Source: an uncultured Candidatus Actinomarina sp.
Lineage (GTDB): Bacteria; Actinomycetota; Acidimicrobiia; Actinomarinales; Actinomarinaceae
DNA length: 64,000 bases
Reading direction: 5' to 3'
Assembly: GCA_902566515.1 (NCBI GenBank)
Contig: CACFIX010000003.1
Location: 3,889-67,888, forward strand
Shown: piece by piece, positions 46,566 through 54,894 of the stretch
How the letters are laid out: each line of letters starts with the position of its first letter
Numbering within the stretch: the first letter of the stretch is position 1
Program-made: the position numbers and the translations under genes
The notes under the pieces: model-generated
Seen by the model: only the letters and a program-made list of their open reading frames with translations
Database searches by the model: none
Told to the model about the DNA's origin: nothing

Positions 46566-48741
46566 ATTTTTTAATTCTAAATACTAGAAGATATGCTGTA
46601 AGTAAAAAAATAATTAATGAAATAATATTTAAGGATTTTTCTAAAAATGTATTTTCGAACGTTATGCTTACTTCGTTAGAATAAGGAATAACACCAATAA
46701 ATGATGGTGACAATCTATATGGGCCAGAACCATTTTCTATTGTCCAATTTGGAAAATATGATACTTTGACAATGTGAAGTTCATTAGGGTGTTCTGTTTC
46801 AAAAGTTATTCTGTTATTTGAAATTCTGACATTATTAATCTCACTTTTTTTGTTGGGAAGTCTGTTTTGAATCTGAGATTCTTCAGCATCTATTCCTTCA
46901 ATAATTCTTTTTTTATTATCTAACTTGAATTCTTTCATTGCAAGACTGAAAAAACTATCAGTTTTTTCTTGTTTAAATATCGAATTAGAAATTCTTTCAA
47001 ATAATTCTGGCTGACTAAAGTTTACTAATTCAGCATCAACAACTTGAACTTTGTCAGAATAAATTTTAAAAACTGTAAATGGAGAGCTCTGGAATAAATT
47101 CTCTAACTCGTCTGACATTATTGCTTTGTCAGTAATCGAATCTGTATAAGAAATAAAATAATCAACTCCTAACTCTTTCATGTATCTAACTCCTCTATCA
47201 AAATCACCATTTATATAACTTAGTCCTCCTACTGGGTTAGATGGACTTTCTGCAACACCAGATACAGTCACAAAGTGAAAAGGGGTAGTTATGCTCGAAT
47301 CAAAATAAAGACCTTCAACACTTTCATGATTTGTAAACATAGGAATTGTCATTAAAACCATAGGTGTACCATATTTGTTTAAATCTGAATTTGGCTCCCA
47401 CATTATTCTTCCAGGCTCCAGTTGGTTTAATCCAGAGTATAAATTTGTTATATCGCTCCAATCATCTTTTTGATCATACCCAGTAAAATTCCAATTCAAC
47501 CAATGTGGTAAGAAATTTACTGAAGACAGAACTAATGCAATAAGCGTAATTCCTAATCCATATTTAGGTTTAAAAATAGTAATTAGGAAAGAAAGCAAAA
47601 TTATAAAAGCAATGAAATAAACTGTAATTGCATACCTATCTTGCCATTTTTGGACATAATTAAAAATAAAGAATGATGAACATATTAAATAAAACAATAT
47701 AATCAAGTATTTTTGTTTTATTCTTTCAATTAAAAAGTCCATTTTCTCTTCAAAGATTTTGAAAAATAAGATAATTAGACCCAAATTTAAAAAAGGTACT
47801 AATCTTCCATTCCATAAAGCACCCTCTGGGCCATAAAAAAATAACAATGTTGATACAAAAATTAAGTACATTTCGGTTGATAGAAATATATTTTTCAAAT
47901 TTCTTCCTGCTGTAAAAATTCCATAAGAAAATATCGCAATTGCAAAAGGAAGGATATCAGGCTTTATTAAATCTTTGATTTTTGTGTAAGGAGAGTATGT
48001 CATATTTGTTGTAAATTCTAGATTTAGAAACAAAGAGATAGAAAAGCGCAAAGTTAGAAACAAAAAAATCAATAACCCAATTAATTTTTCAAGATTTATT
48101 GATTTTGAAGACAAAAAATAAATTAAAAATATTGGTGCATAGATCAAAAATGGAATTATATGAGAAAGCAAGGATAATCCCAACAATATTGACCCTTTAA
48201 TGACTGAATACTTTATCAATTTATTACGCATGTAATAAATTGATAAATTTGCAAATGCTAAAGAATATGTGAATGAATACTGGCCAGCAAGAGAGGATGC
48301 TAGATTACCCCCAAAAATAGTAAAAGACTCAGTTAATAGATACAACAATCCTCCAGCAAACCCAATATAAGATAAAGTACCAATTTTGAAGTTTATTAAC
48401 TTTTCTATAGAAATAACTAGAAGAACTAAAGCAATTAACACCATAATTTTAAATGAGATATTGAAGGGAAGAATAAGATTTAAAATTGCAACAATAGATG
48501 GCGGTAATGGAAAATAAAAATAATATGCAGGGTAGCCTGCAAACCAGTCATTTGACCAACCACTAATTTTAAAATTGTAAAAAAGCTCTTCAACAAAAAA
48601 TTTAGTTGGTACGATATGAGCACCCATATCTCCACCTGTTGGGAGTGTATTAAGAAGTATTAAATCAATTCTTAAAAATATTAAGAGTATTGCAAACGGA
48701 AATACAGTCGCAATTTTATTTGATTGAAAGTTAAACTTCAC
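46555..48741 (-). CDS. Large polytopic membrane protein, putative GT-C-type extracytoplasmic glycosyltransferase (YfhO-like)
   Basis: 728 aa. It has at least 10 TM helices followed by a ~300 aa soluble C-terminal domain and a final TM segment. The first loop carries GGDMGAHI ... GWSNDWFAGYPAYYFYFPLP. It overlaps gtrA by 11 nt. The assignment rests on architecture and context, not on an alignment. Confidence 0.5.
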   Translation of the reverse strand: MKFNFQSNKIATVFPFAILLIFLRIDLILLNTLPTGGDMGAHIVPTKFFVEELFYNFKISGWSNDWFAGYPAYYFYFPLPPSIVAILNLILPFNISFKIMVLIALVLLVISIEKLINFKIGTLSYIGFAGGLLYLLTESFTIFGGNLASSLAGQYSFTYSLAFANLSIYYMRNKLIKYSVIKGSILLGLSLLSHIIPFLIYAPIFLIYFLSSKSINLEKLIGLLIFLFLTLRFSISLFLNLEFTTNMTYSPYTKIKDLIKPDILPFAIAIFSYGIFTAGRNLKNIFLSTEMYLIFVSTLLFFYGPEGALWNGRLVPFLNLGLIILFFKIFEEKMDFLIERIKQKYLIILFYLICSSFFIFNYVQKWQDRYAITVYFIAFIILLSFLITIFKPKYGLGITLIALVLSSVNFLPHWLNWNFTGYDQKDDWSDITNLYSGLNQLEPGRIMWEPNSDLNKYGTPMVLMTIPMFTNHESVEGLYFDSSITTPFHFVTVSGVAESPSNPVGGLSYINGDFDRGVRYMKELGVDYFISYTDSITDKAIMSDELENLFQSSPFTVFKIYSDKVQVVDAELVNFSQPELFERISNSIFKQEKTDSFFSLAMKEFKLDNKKRIIEGIDAEESQIQNRLPNKKSEINNVRISNNRITFETEHPNELHIVKVSYFPNWTIENGSGPYRLSPSFIGVIPYSNEVSITFENTFLEKSLNIISLIIFLLTAYLLVFRIKKYAE

Positions 48742-48979
48742 TTAAGGTTTTTCCCAAGTATTTTGTTCTTCTTTTTCCATTTTCTGTCCATTCGGCATAC
48801 CAATATGGACCGTGTGGACATTTTTGGCATGATTCTTTACCGCATTTAATATTTTTTGACCTATATGAGACGTTAATGTCTTTATGAAGATTTAATTTAT
48901 TATCAACTAGAAGCTTTATTCTCTTTAAGTCTGTTTCGTTTAGTTCAGCTAAACCTTCTAGAATATCTTTATCTATCAT
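48731..48979 (-). CDS. Small zinc-ribbon protein, DUF6788-like (CGK..C..C.HGPYWY motif)
   Basis: 82 aa. The motif is KCGKESCQKCPHGPYWYAEWTENGKRRTKYLGK. It overlaps the start of the GT-C-like gene by 11 nt. Confidence 0.5.
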   Translation of the reverse strand: MIDKDILEGLAELNETDLKRIKLLVDNKLNLHKDINVSYRSKNIKCGKESCQKCPHGPYWYAEWTENGKRRTKYLGKTLSEV

Positions 48980-49024
48980 TATTAAAATGTTAGTTGAAAG
49001 GTCAAGAATAATAGGTTCTTAAAA

Positions 49025-49921
49025 TTGAAAAAAGTTACATATTTAAGCGGCGGTGTAGGTGGTGCAAAATTTGCTAAAGGCTTATATAAAACAAGTTTGA
49101 ACAAACTTTCGATAATTGTTAACACTGGTGATGACGAACATGTAAATGGTGTCTCACTATCTCCAGATATAGATACTGTAATATATGGTCTAGCTGGAAT
49201 TGAAGGTGAATTTGGATGGGGAATAAAAAAAGATAAATTTACAGTTCATGAACAGTTAAATAAATTTTTAAATACCAATTTCATGATCGGCGATAAAGAT
49301 TTGGCTACCAATTTATTTAGAAACCAAATGCTACATGAGGGAAAAACTTTGACAGAAATTACTAATGAAATAAAATCTAAATTCAACATTCTTTGTGAAA
49401 TTATTCCAATGACTGATGACAAGGTAAGTACAAAATTAATTACAAAGCAGGGTGAAAGGCTTGATTTTCAAAACTATTTTGTCCAAAAAAGAGGAAAGCC
49501 AAGATTAAAAAATATAACATACAACGGATCAAGTCAAGCAAAAGTTAGCAGCAAACTAATAAGAACAATTAAAGAAAGCGATACGATTATCATTGGCCCC
49601 TCTAATCCTTATTTATCAATCGGACCAATTTTGTCTCTAAGAAAAATAAAGGATGCATTAATTCAACATGATAATGTTATAGTTATTAGCCCATTTATTA
49701 ATAACAATGCCATAAAAGGACCTTCGAAAAAAAACTTTACAGATATGGGCCTCACAGCAGATATTAAAGGCATTAAAAAATTCTATAAAAATATAGCTAA
49801 CAAATATGTCGTACATTTTGGAGATTCTGATAATTTAAGCAATACTTACGAAGAGAACATACTTTTTAAAACAATTGAAGATTCAAAGAAATTAGCTACA
49901 AAACTACTTAGTTATGAATGA
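49025..49921 (+). CDS. cofD: 2-phospho-L-lactate transferase (F420 biosynthesis)
   Basis: 298 aa with a TTG start. The N-terminus YLSGGVGGAKFAKGL and the GPSNPYLSIGPIL motif fit CofD, and cofE follows. Confidence 0.85.
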   Translation: MKKVTYLSGGVGGAKFAKGLYKTSLNKLSIIVNTGDDEHVNGVSLSPDIDTVIYGLAGIEGEFGWGIKKDKFTVHEQLNKFLNTNFMIGDKDLATNLFRNQMLHEGKTLTEITNEIKSKFNILCEIIPMTDDKVSTKLITKQGERLDFQNYFVQKRGKPRLKNITYNGSSQAKVSSKLIRTIKESDTIIIGPSNPYLSIGPILSLRKIKDALIQHDNVIVISPFINNNAIKGPSKKNFTDMGLTADIKGIKKFYKNIANKYVVHFGDSDNLSNTYEENILFKTIEDSKKLATKLLSYE

Positions 49922-50612
49922 AATTTCGATTATTCCGTTAAAAGGATTGCCCGAAGTCAAAAAAGGTGATGACCTAGCTTCCATGACTTTTGACCTGATT
50001 AATAAGTCAGGAAATGAGATTAAAAATAATGATGTATTTGTAATTACACAAAAAATTGTTTCAAAGAGTGAAGGTATGGAAAGAGATTTAAATGAATATG
50101 AATTTGAAGATTTAATTAAAAGTGAAACGAAACAAATTATTAGAAAACGAGGAGATTTAATAATTGCAAAAACAAAACACGGTTTCATATGTGCAAATGC
50201 AGGAATAGATAAATCTAATATTGAGAAAAACAAAGCTCTTCTTTTACCCGAAGATCCAAATAAATCAGCTCATAAATTTAGAAGTCAAATAGAGACTTCA
50301 AGTGGAAAAAGAGTAGCTGTAGTGATTTCTGATACGTTTGGAAGAGCATGGAGAAAAGGTCAGGTTAATTTTGCAATAGGTTCCTCTGGTATTTCTCCTA
50401 TTACAAACTACATTGGGAAATACGACTCATTTAACAATGAACTATTTGCAACAGAAATTGCAACAATTGATGAAATTGCTAGTGCAGCAGAATTAGTTAT
50501 GGAAAAGTCGATTAATATTCCAATAGCTATCATAAGAGGACTTAAATATGAATCCTCAAATGAAAATGCGGAGATATTAATTAGAGAAGATCAAGAAGAT
50601 TTTTTTCTTTAA
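49914..50612 (+). CDS. cofE: Coenzyme F420-0:L-glutamate ligase
   Basis: 232 aa. Motifs are VITQKIVSKSEG, CANAGID.SN, and SDTFGRAWRKGQVNFAIG. Confidence 0.85.
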   Translation: MNEISIIPLKGLPEVKKGDDLASMTFDLINKSGNEIKNNDVFVITQKIVSKSEGMERDLNEYEFEDLIKSETKQIIRKRGDLIIAKTKHGFICANAGIDKSNIEKNKALLLPEDPNKSAHKFRSQIETSSGKRVAVVISDTFGRAWRKGQVNFAIGSSGISPITNYIGKYDSFNNELFATEIATIDEIASAAELVMEKSINIPIAIIRGLKYESSNENAEILIREDQEDFFL

Positions 50613-51532
50613 GTTTTTAACCAGCTTACTACTTCTTTTATGCCCTTATTTAATGAAAATTGAGATTCCCAATTTAATTCTTTTTGTGCCTTAGAACTAT
50701 TCAAAACACTTCGCAGAAGTTCACCTTTTCTTGACTCCTTATATATTGGTTCTACATCAGATGCAAATTCAGATTTTATCGTTTCTAACAATTGATTTAC
50801 TGATGTCTCTATCCCCGTCCCAATATTAAGAAATAAATTGGAGTCAATCTTTGAAGATAAAATTAATGCATTTACAACATCTTTCACATATATATAGTCT
50901 CTTGTTTGTTCTCCGTCGCCATAAATAATTGGTTTTTCATTATTTAAAATTTTATTTGAAAATATAGATACTACTCCTGCTTCACCATGGGGATCTTGAC
51001 GTGGTCCGTAAACATTTGAGAGGTTCAAAATTGAATATGACAAATGTGTATTAATTGTCATACTTTTGATAATTTCGTTTAACTTCTTTTTACCAATACC
51101 ATATGGTGACTCAGGTTCGCCTGCAAAATCTTCTTCTCCAGTTGGTAAAATGCTTGGCTCACCAAATATCGTTCCACCAGAAGAGGCAAAAACAAATTTA
51201 CTACAATCAGTGCTTAATAAAGTTTTTATAAGTTGGACTGGTTGTAAGATATTATGCTCAAAATCAAGTAACGGATAATCTACAGAAACTACAACAGAAG
51301 ATTGGGCTGCCAAGTGAAAACAAATTTGAGGATTAAATTCTTTAATTAAATTTAATGAATTCTTATTACCTAAATCATCTTCAATTAATTTAAAATTACC
51401 CTTGAATTCAATATTTTCTTTTTTACCGGTTATAAAGTTATCAAATACTAATATTTCATTATCAGATGATAAAAGTTCTTCTAATAGGTGTGAGCCAATA
51501 AAACCTGCTCCACCCGTAATTAAGATTTTCAT
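50609..51532 (-). CDS. NAD-dependent nucleotide-sugar epimerase/dehydratase (SDR family)
   Basis: 307 aa. It has ILITGGAGFIGSHL and the catalytic YxxxK (SPYGIGKKK). Confidence 0.85.
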   Translation of the reverse strand: MKILITGGAGFIGSHLLEELLSSDNEILVFDNFITGKKENIEFKGNFKLIEDDLGNKNSLNLIKEFNPQICFHLAAQSSVVVSVDYPLLDFEHNILQPVQLIKTLLSTDCSKFVFASSGGTIFGEPSILPTGEEDFAGEPESPYGIGKKKLNEIIKSMTINTHLSYSILNLSNVYGPRQDPHGEAGVVSIFSNKILNNEKPIIYGDGEQTRDYIYVKDVVNALILSSKIDSNLFLNIGTGIETSVNQLLETIKSEFASDVEPIYKESRKGELLRSVLNSSKAQKELNWESQFSLNKGIKEVVSWLKT

Positions 51533-51534
51533 TT

Positions 51535-52410
51535 TTAATTTGTTCTAACTATTTCGTTCTTAATTATACTTCCACTTTCAATTGTGGAATTATTGGAAAT
51601 AATTGAATTTTCGATCACAACGTTTTCACCGATTTTACAACCATCCAAAATAACGCTGTTTTTAATAAATGAATCTTGATTTATTTTTGTATTGTTTGGA
51701 GATATCCAATTTTCTTTGCCATCATCAAGGTGTGCTTCAATAAATGCCTCTCTAGTTCCAACATCAATCATATTTCCTTTAACGGTATACGTACTCAACA
51801 ATTGATTTGTTGACAGTCGAGGAAATACATCTCTCTCAAAAGAGCACGGAATATCAAGTGAAGAAAGGATGGACATAATATCTTTTTTGAAAAGGTGATA
51901 GAGTCCTAAGCTAATTTTATTTCCAAATCTGTCATCCTCTGGCTTTTCTATGAAAGCTTCAACCTCCATCTTTTCATTTACTTTTAAAACTCCATATCTT
52001 GATGGATTTTCAACTTCAAATGAACCAATTAATGAATTAGTACAGTTACGAGCTGAATCAATGAAATTTTCTAAATCAACGTCTAATAATAGATCTCCGT
52101 TCATGCATAGAAATTTATCAGGCATCGTTTGAATATTTTCAATGATATAACCAGCTGTGTCTAGTTTTTTTTGCTCAAATAATAGATTGATATTGTTGCT
52201 TGATGACACTTCATAATCATTCCAATGCTGTCTGTGCTTTTCTGAACAAATTAGATTAAATGTAAAATCAGAAAATTGTGAAAACTGAGTAATTATCTTA
52301 TCAATTATTTTTTCACCTCTTATTGTTAGAAGTGCTTTGGGAATTCCAGTAGATAATGGTTGAAGCCTAGTTGCCTCTCCCCCAACAAGAAGAAATATTT
52401 CATTCATCAT
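51535..52410 (-). CDS. Sugar-phosphate nucleotidyltransferase with C-terminal hexapeptide-repeat domain
   Basis: 291 aa. It has the N-terminal LLVGGEATRLQPLS motif and a C-terminal LbH-like repeat region. Confidence 0.75.
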   Translation of the reverse strand: MMNEIFLLVGGEATRLQPLSTGIPKALLTIRGEKIIDKIITQFSQFSDFTFNLICSEKHRQHWNDYEVSSSNNINLLFEQKKLDTAGYIIENIQTMPDKFLCMNGDLLLDVDLENFIDSARNCTNSLIGSFEVENPSRYGVLKVNEKMEVEAFIEKPEDDRFGNKISLGLYHLFKKDIMSILSSLDIPCSFERDVFPRLSTNQLLSTYTVKGNMIDVGTREAFIEAHLDDGKENWISPNNTKINQDSFIKNSVILDGCKIGENVVIENSIISNNSTIESGSIIKNEIVRTN

Positions 52411-53782
52411 CTTGTAGGATATTAAAGAATTTAGTTAATTCGTCATCTTTTTCTAAATTGATAACCTGTTCCCATAATGACATTGATTTTTCTAAAGAAA
52501 GAACTTTTTGTACATTTCTTATGAATTTATCTTTTAATAGTGGAATGGCTTCCTCTCTTCTAGATGGATGCCCTATGGGATTTTCAATGGTGATTTTTTC
52601 AGAAGTGGAGTTATCATCATAAACAATTTCTATGGAGTTTGATATATGTCTCTTTGAAAATTCATAGTAATTTTTGGTAAAATTTGAGTCTTCACTAACA
52701 ACAATTTTTTTTCTTAAACTTTCTATTTTTTTTAATCCAAAGAAATCGTTTCCGTACATTTCGTATTTCAATTCTCCAAAAAGAAGAGCAGCTGAAACCA
52801 TATATTCAAGACTGTGATCCCTATCAGACGCGTTAGATAAATTTTCTTTATTTGCGATTATCCTTATTGCAGGTTCATGTGTAAAAATGTTAATTTTTTT
52901 TACTTTATCAATATTTTGATTGAATTCTTTACTTAACTTGATTGCACCTTCAACTGCTGACTGCCCATGAAATTCGGCTGGAAATAAAACTTTAAATAAT
53001 ACATTTTGAATTACCCAATCATTTAATTCTTTACCAAATTTAATTTCAGAATCATTTAGATAATTTTTTTCAAATCCCCAATTTTTATCTTCTTGGATGG
53101 AGCTATAAACTTCATCATTTAATTGGCTGATTTTAGCGAGTTCAATCCCTCGTTTTGATGCATCTGCTGCTGCCCAGCTTTTTCTCTTTCCTACGTTAGG
53201 AAAGTGTCTATAGGATCTTAGGGAAGGACCATCAAGTAAAATATGATTAATAGTTCTATGAACAATATTCTCATTTCCTTTACTTAATAAAGATGAGAAA
53301 ACAGCTCCAGATGCTAACTTCACATAAAACACATGGTCATAACCTAGTTGGTTTAATGAAGTCCCAAGACATAAAGAACCTTGAATTTCGTAAGCTTTTG
53401 TTAGAGCAGTTGTAAAGTCTATAAATTTGAAATTTGGATTCGCATAAAAATAACTGTACACGGTCCCAAAGTTGTCTGATGGGTGGGCCCACTCTTTTGC
53501 AAGAAAAGTGTCGTTGTAGTCAAACCATCTAGTTAATACAGTTAAATACCATGCAACTTCTTGGTAGGAATTTAATTTCCCAACATTTAAGAAAGGGTTT
53601 GAAAATAATTCAAATGATTTATCTTCTATAGCAAAATTATTGACTTCGTCATGAGTACTTGCTTCAATTATGCAACCAAGGGTATCAAGGATTGCAAGCT
53701 TAGCAGAAGTAAAATGGTCATCACTTTTCAAAGGAGTGGAAAGAAAGTTAAATATTTGTTTATCTAAGTTCTTATTTTGCAA
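52400..53782 (-). CDS. MmgE/PrpD family protein (2-methylcitrate dehydratase-like)
   Basis: 460 aa. Its length and pattern are typical of PrpD, and it is adjacent to a citrate/methylcitrate synthase. Confidence 0.7.
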   Translation of the reverse strand: MQNKNLDKQIFNFLSTPLKSDDHFTSAKLAILDTLGCIIEASTHDEVNNFAIEDKSFELFSNPFLNVGKLNSYQEVAWYLTVLTRWFDYNDTFLAKEWAHPSDNFGTVYSYFYANPNFKFIDFTTALTKAYEIQGSLCLGTSLNQLGYDHVFYVKLASGAVFSSLLSKGNENIVHRTINHILLDGPSLRSYRHFPNVGKRKSWAAADASKRGIELAKISQLNDEVYSSIQEDKNWGFEKNYLNDSEIKFGKELNDWVIQNVLFKVLFPAEFHGQSAVEGAIKLSKEFNQNIDKVKKINIFTHEPAIRIIANKENLSNASDRDHSLEYMVSAALLFGELKYEMYGNDFFGLKKIESLRKKIVVSEDSNFTKNYYEFSKRHISNSIEIVYDDNSTSEKITIENPIGHPSRREEAIPLLKDKFIRNVQKVLSLEKSMSLWEQVINLEKDDELTKFFNILQDDE

Positions 53783-53785
53783 AAA

Positions 53786-54847
53786 CTATCTTTCAGAAGG
53801 CCCAATATATTTTGCCGCAGGTCTTATTAAAATATCCTGTTCCCTTTGTTCAAAGTAATGCGCAGCCCATCCAACAGACCTTCCTGCTACAAATATTGGA
53901 GTAAAAAGGTCCACTTCAAATCCTAATTCAGCTAAAAGCAGACCTCCATAAAAGTCGACATTTGGAAAGAGATTTTTTTCTTCATCCATAATTTGGTCAA
54001 TTTTCTTTGCAATTTCAAATCTATTTTTAGAAAAATCATTATCTACTAACTGTTCTACCCAGTTTTTCACAACTGGGCTTCTTGGATCTTGAACTTTATA
54101 TACTCCGTGTCCAAATCCCATAATTTTTTTCTTTTCATCAAGAAGTGTGTAAATTCCTTTTTCAGCATCTTCTACTGTATTAAAACTGTTAATTAATTCA
54201 ACTGCTCTTTCATTTGCTCCACCATGTAGTTCTCCTTTTAAAGTTGCTATACCGGAAACAATTGCACCAGTTAAATCGGCTCTTGTAGATGCAGTAACTC
54301 TTGTTGCAAAAGTTGATGCATTAAAACCATGCTCAGCATAAAGGATAAGCATATCATCTAATGCTTCAAGCATTTCATCGCTTGCATCATTTGGTAAAAG
54401 TGAGCTGGCAACTAAATACTTATCTGAAAGAGTATTTGTATCAGCTTTATGATATGAGGCAATTGCGAAACAGACAGTTGCACTAATCCTAGCTATTGAT
54501 TCAATTTCGGTATCAGAGTCCATTTCTTCTCCACCAGATACGATAGTTCTTAATAAATCCATTGGATGCATTCCTTTTGGATGTATCGATTTTAGATTCT
54601 CTATATTTTTTGAAAGTGTTTCATCCTCAAGAGCTTTATTGTTGTAATGTTTTAAAAATGCTTCTTTGAACTCATCTCCATCTAAGGAATCTTTAATAAT
54701 TAGAGATGCAACTTCTTCATAAGTATTATTCTTTGTCAGTTCAATTGCGTCGTAGCCTCTGTATCGAAGTGAAGTACCTTCTTTACCAACCGTTGAAATA
54801 GAGGTTTCCCCAGCAATAACTCCTCTTAAGCCTGGTGAAAATTCCAT
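53786..54847 (-). CDS. Citrate synthase family protein (short type; citrate or 2-methylcitrate synthase)
   Basis: 353 aa. Motifs are LKGELHGGANE, GFGHGVYK and the DPRS region. Confidence 0.85.
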   Translation of the reverse strand: MEFSPGLRGVIAGETSISTVGKEGTSLRYRGYDAIELTKNNTYEEVASLIIKDSLDGDEFKEAFLKHYNNKALEDETLSKNIENLKSIHPKGMHPMDLLRTIVSGGEEMDSDTEIESIARISATVCFAIASYHKADTNTLSDKYLVASSLLPNDASDEMLEALDDMLILYAEHGFNASTFATRVTASTRADLTGAIVSGIATLKGELHGGANERAVELINSFNTVEDAEKGIYTLLDEKKKIMGFGHGVYKVQDPRSPVVKNWVEQLVDNDFSKNRFEIAKKIDQIMDEEKNLFPNVDFYGGLLLAELGFEVDLFTPIFVAGRSVGWAAHYFEQREQDILIRPAAKYIGPSER

Positions 54848-54894
54848 ATGTCTAATTGTACAATATTGTTACATATAAGGATTAGAATTTTCTC

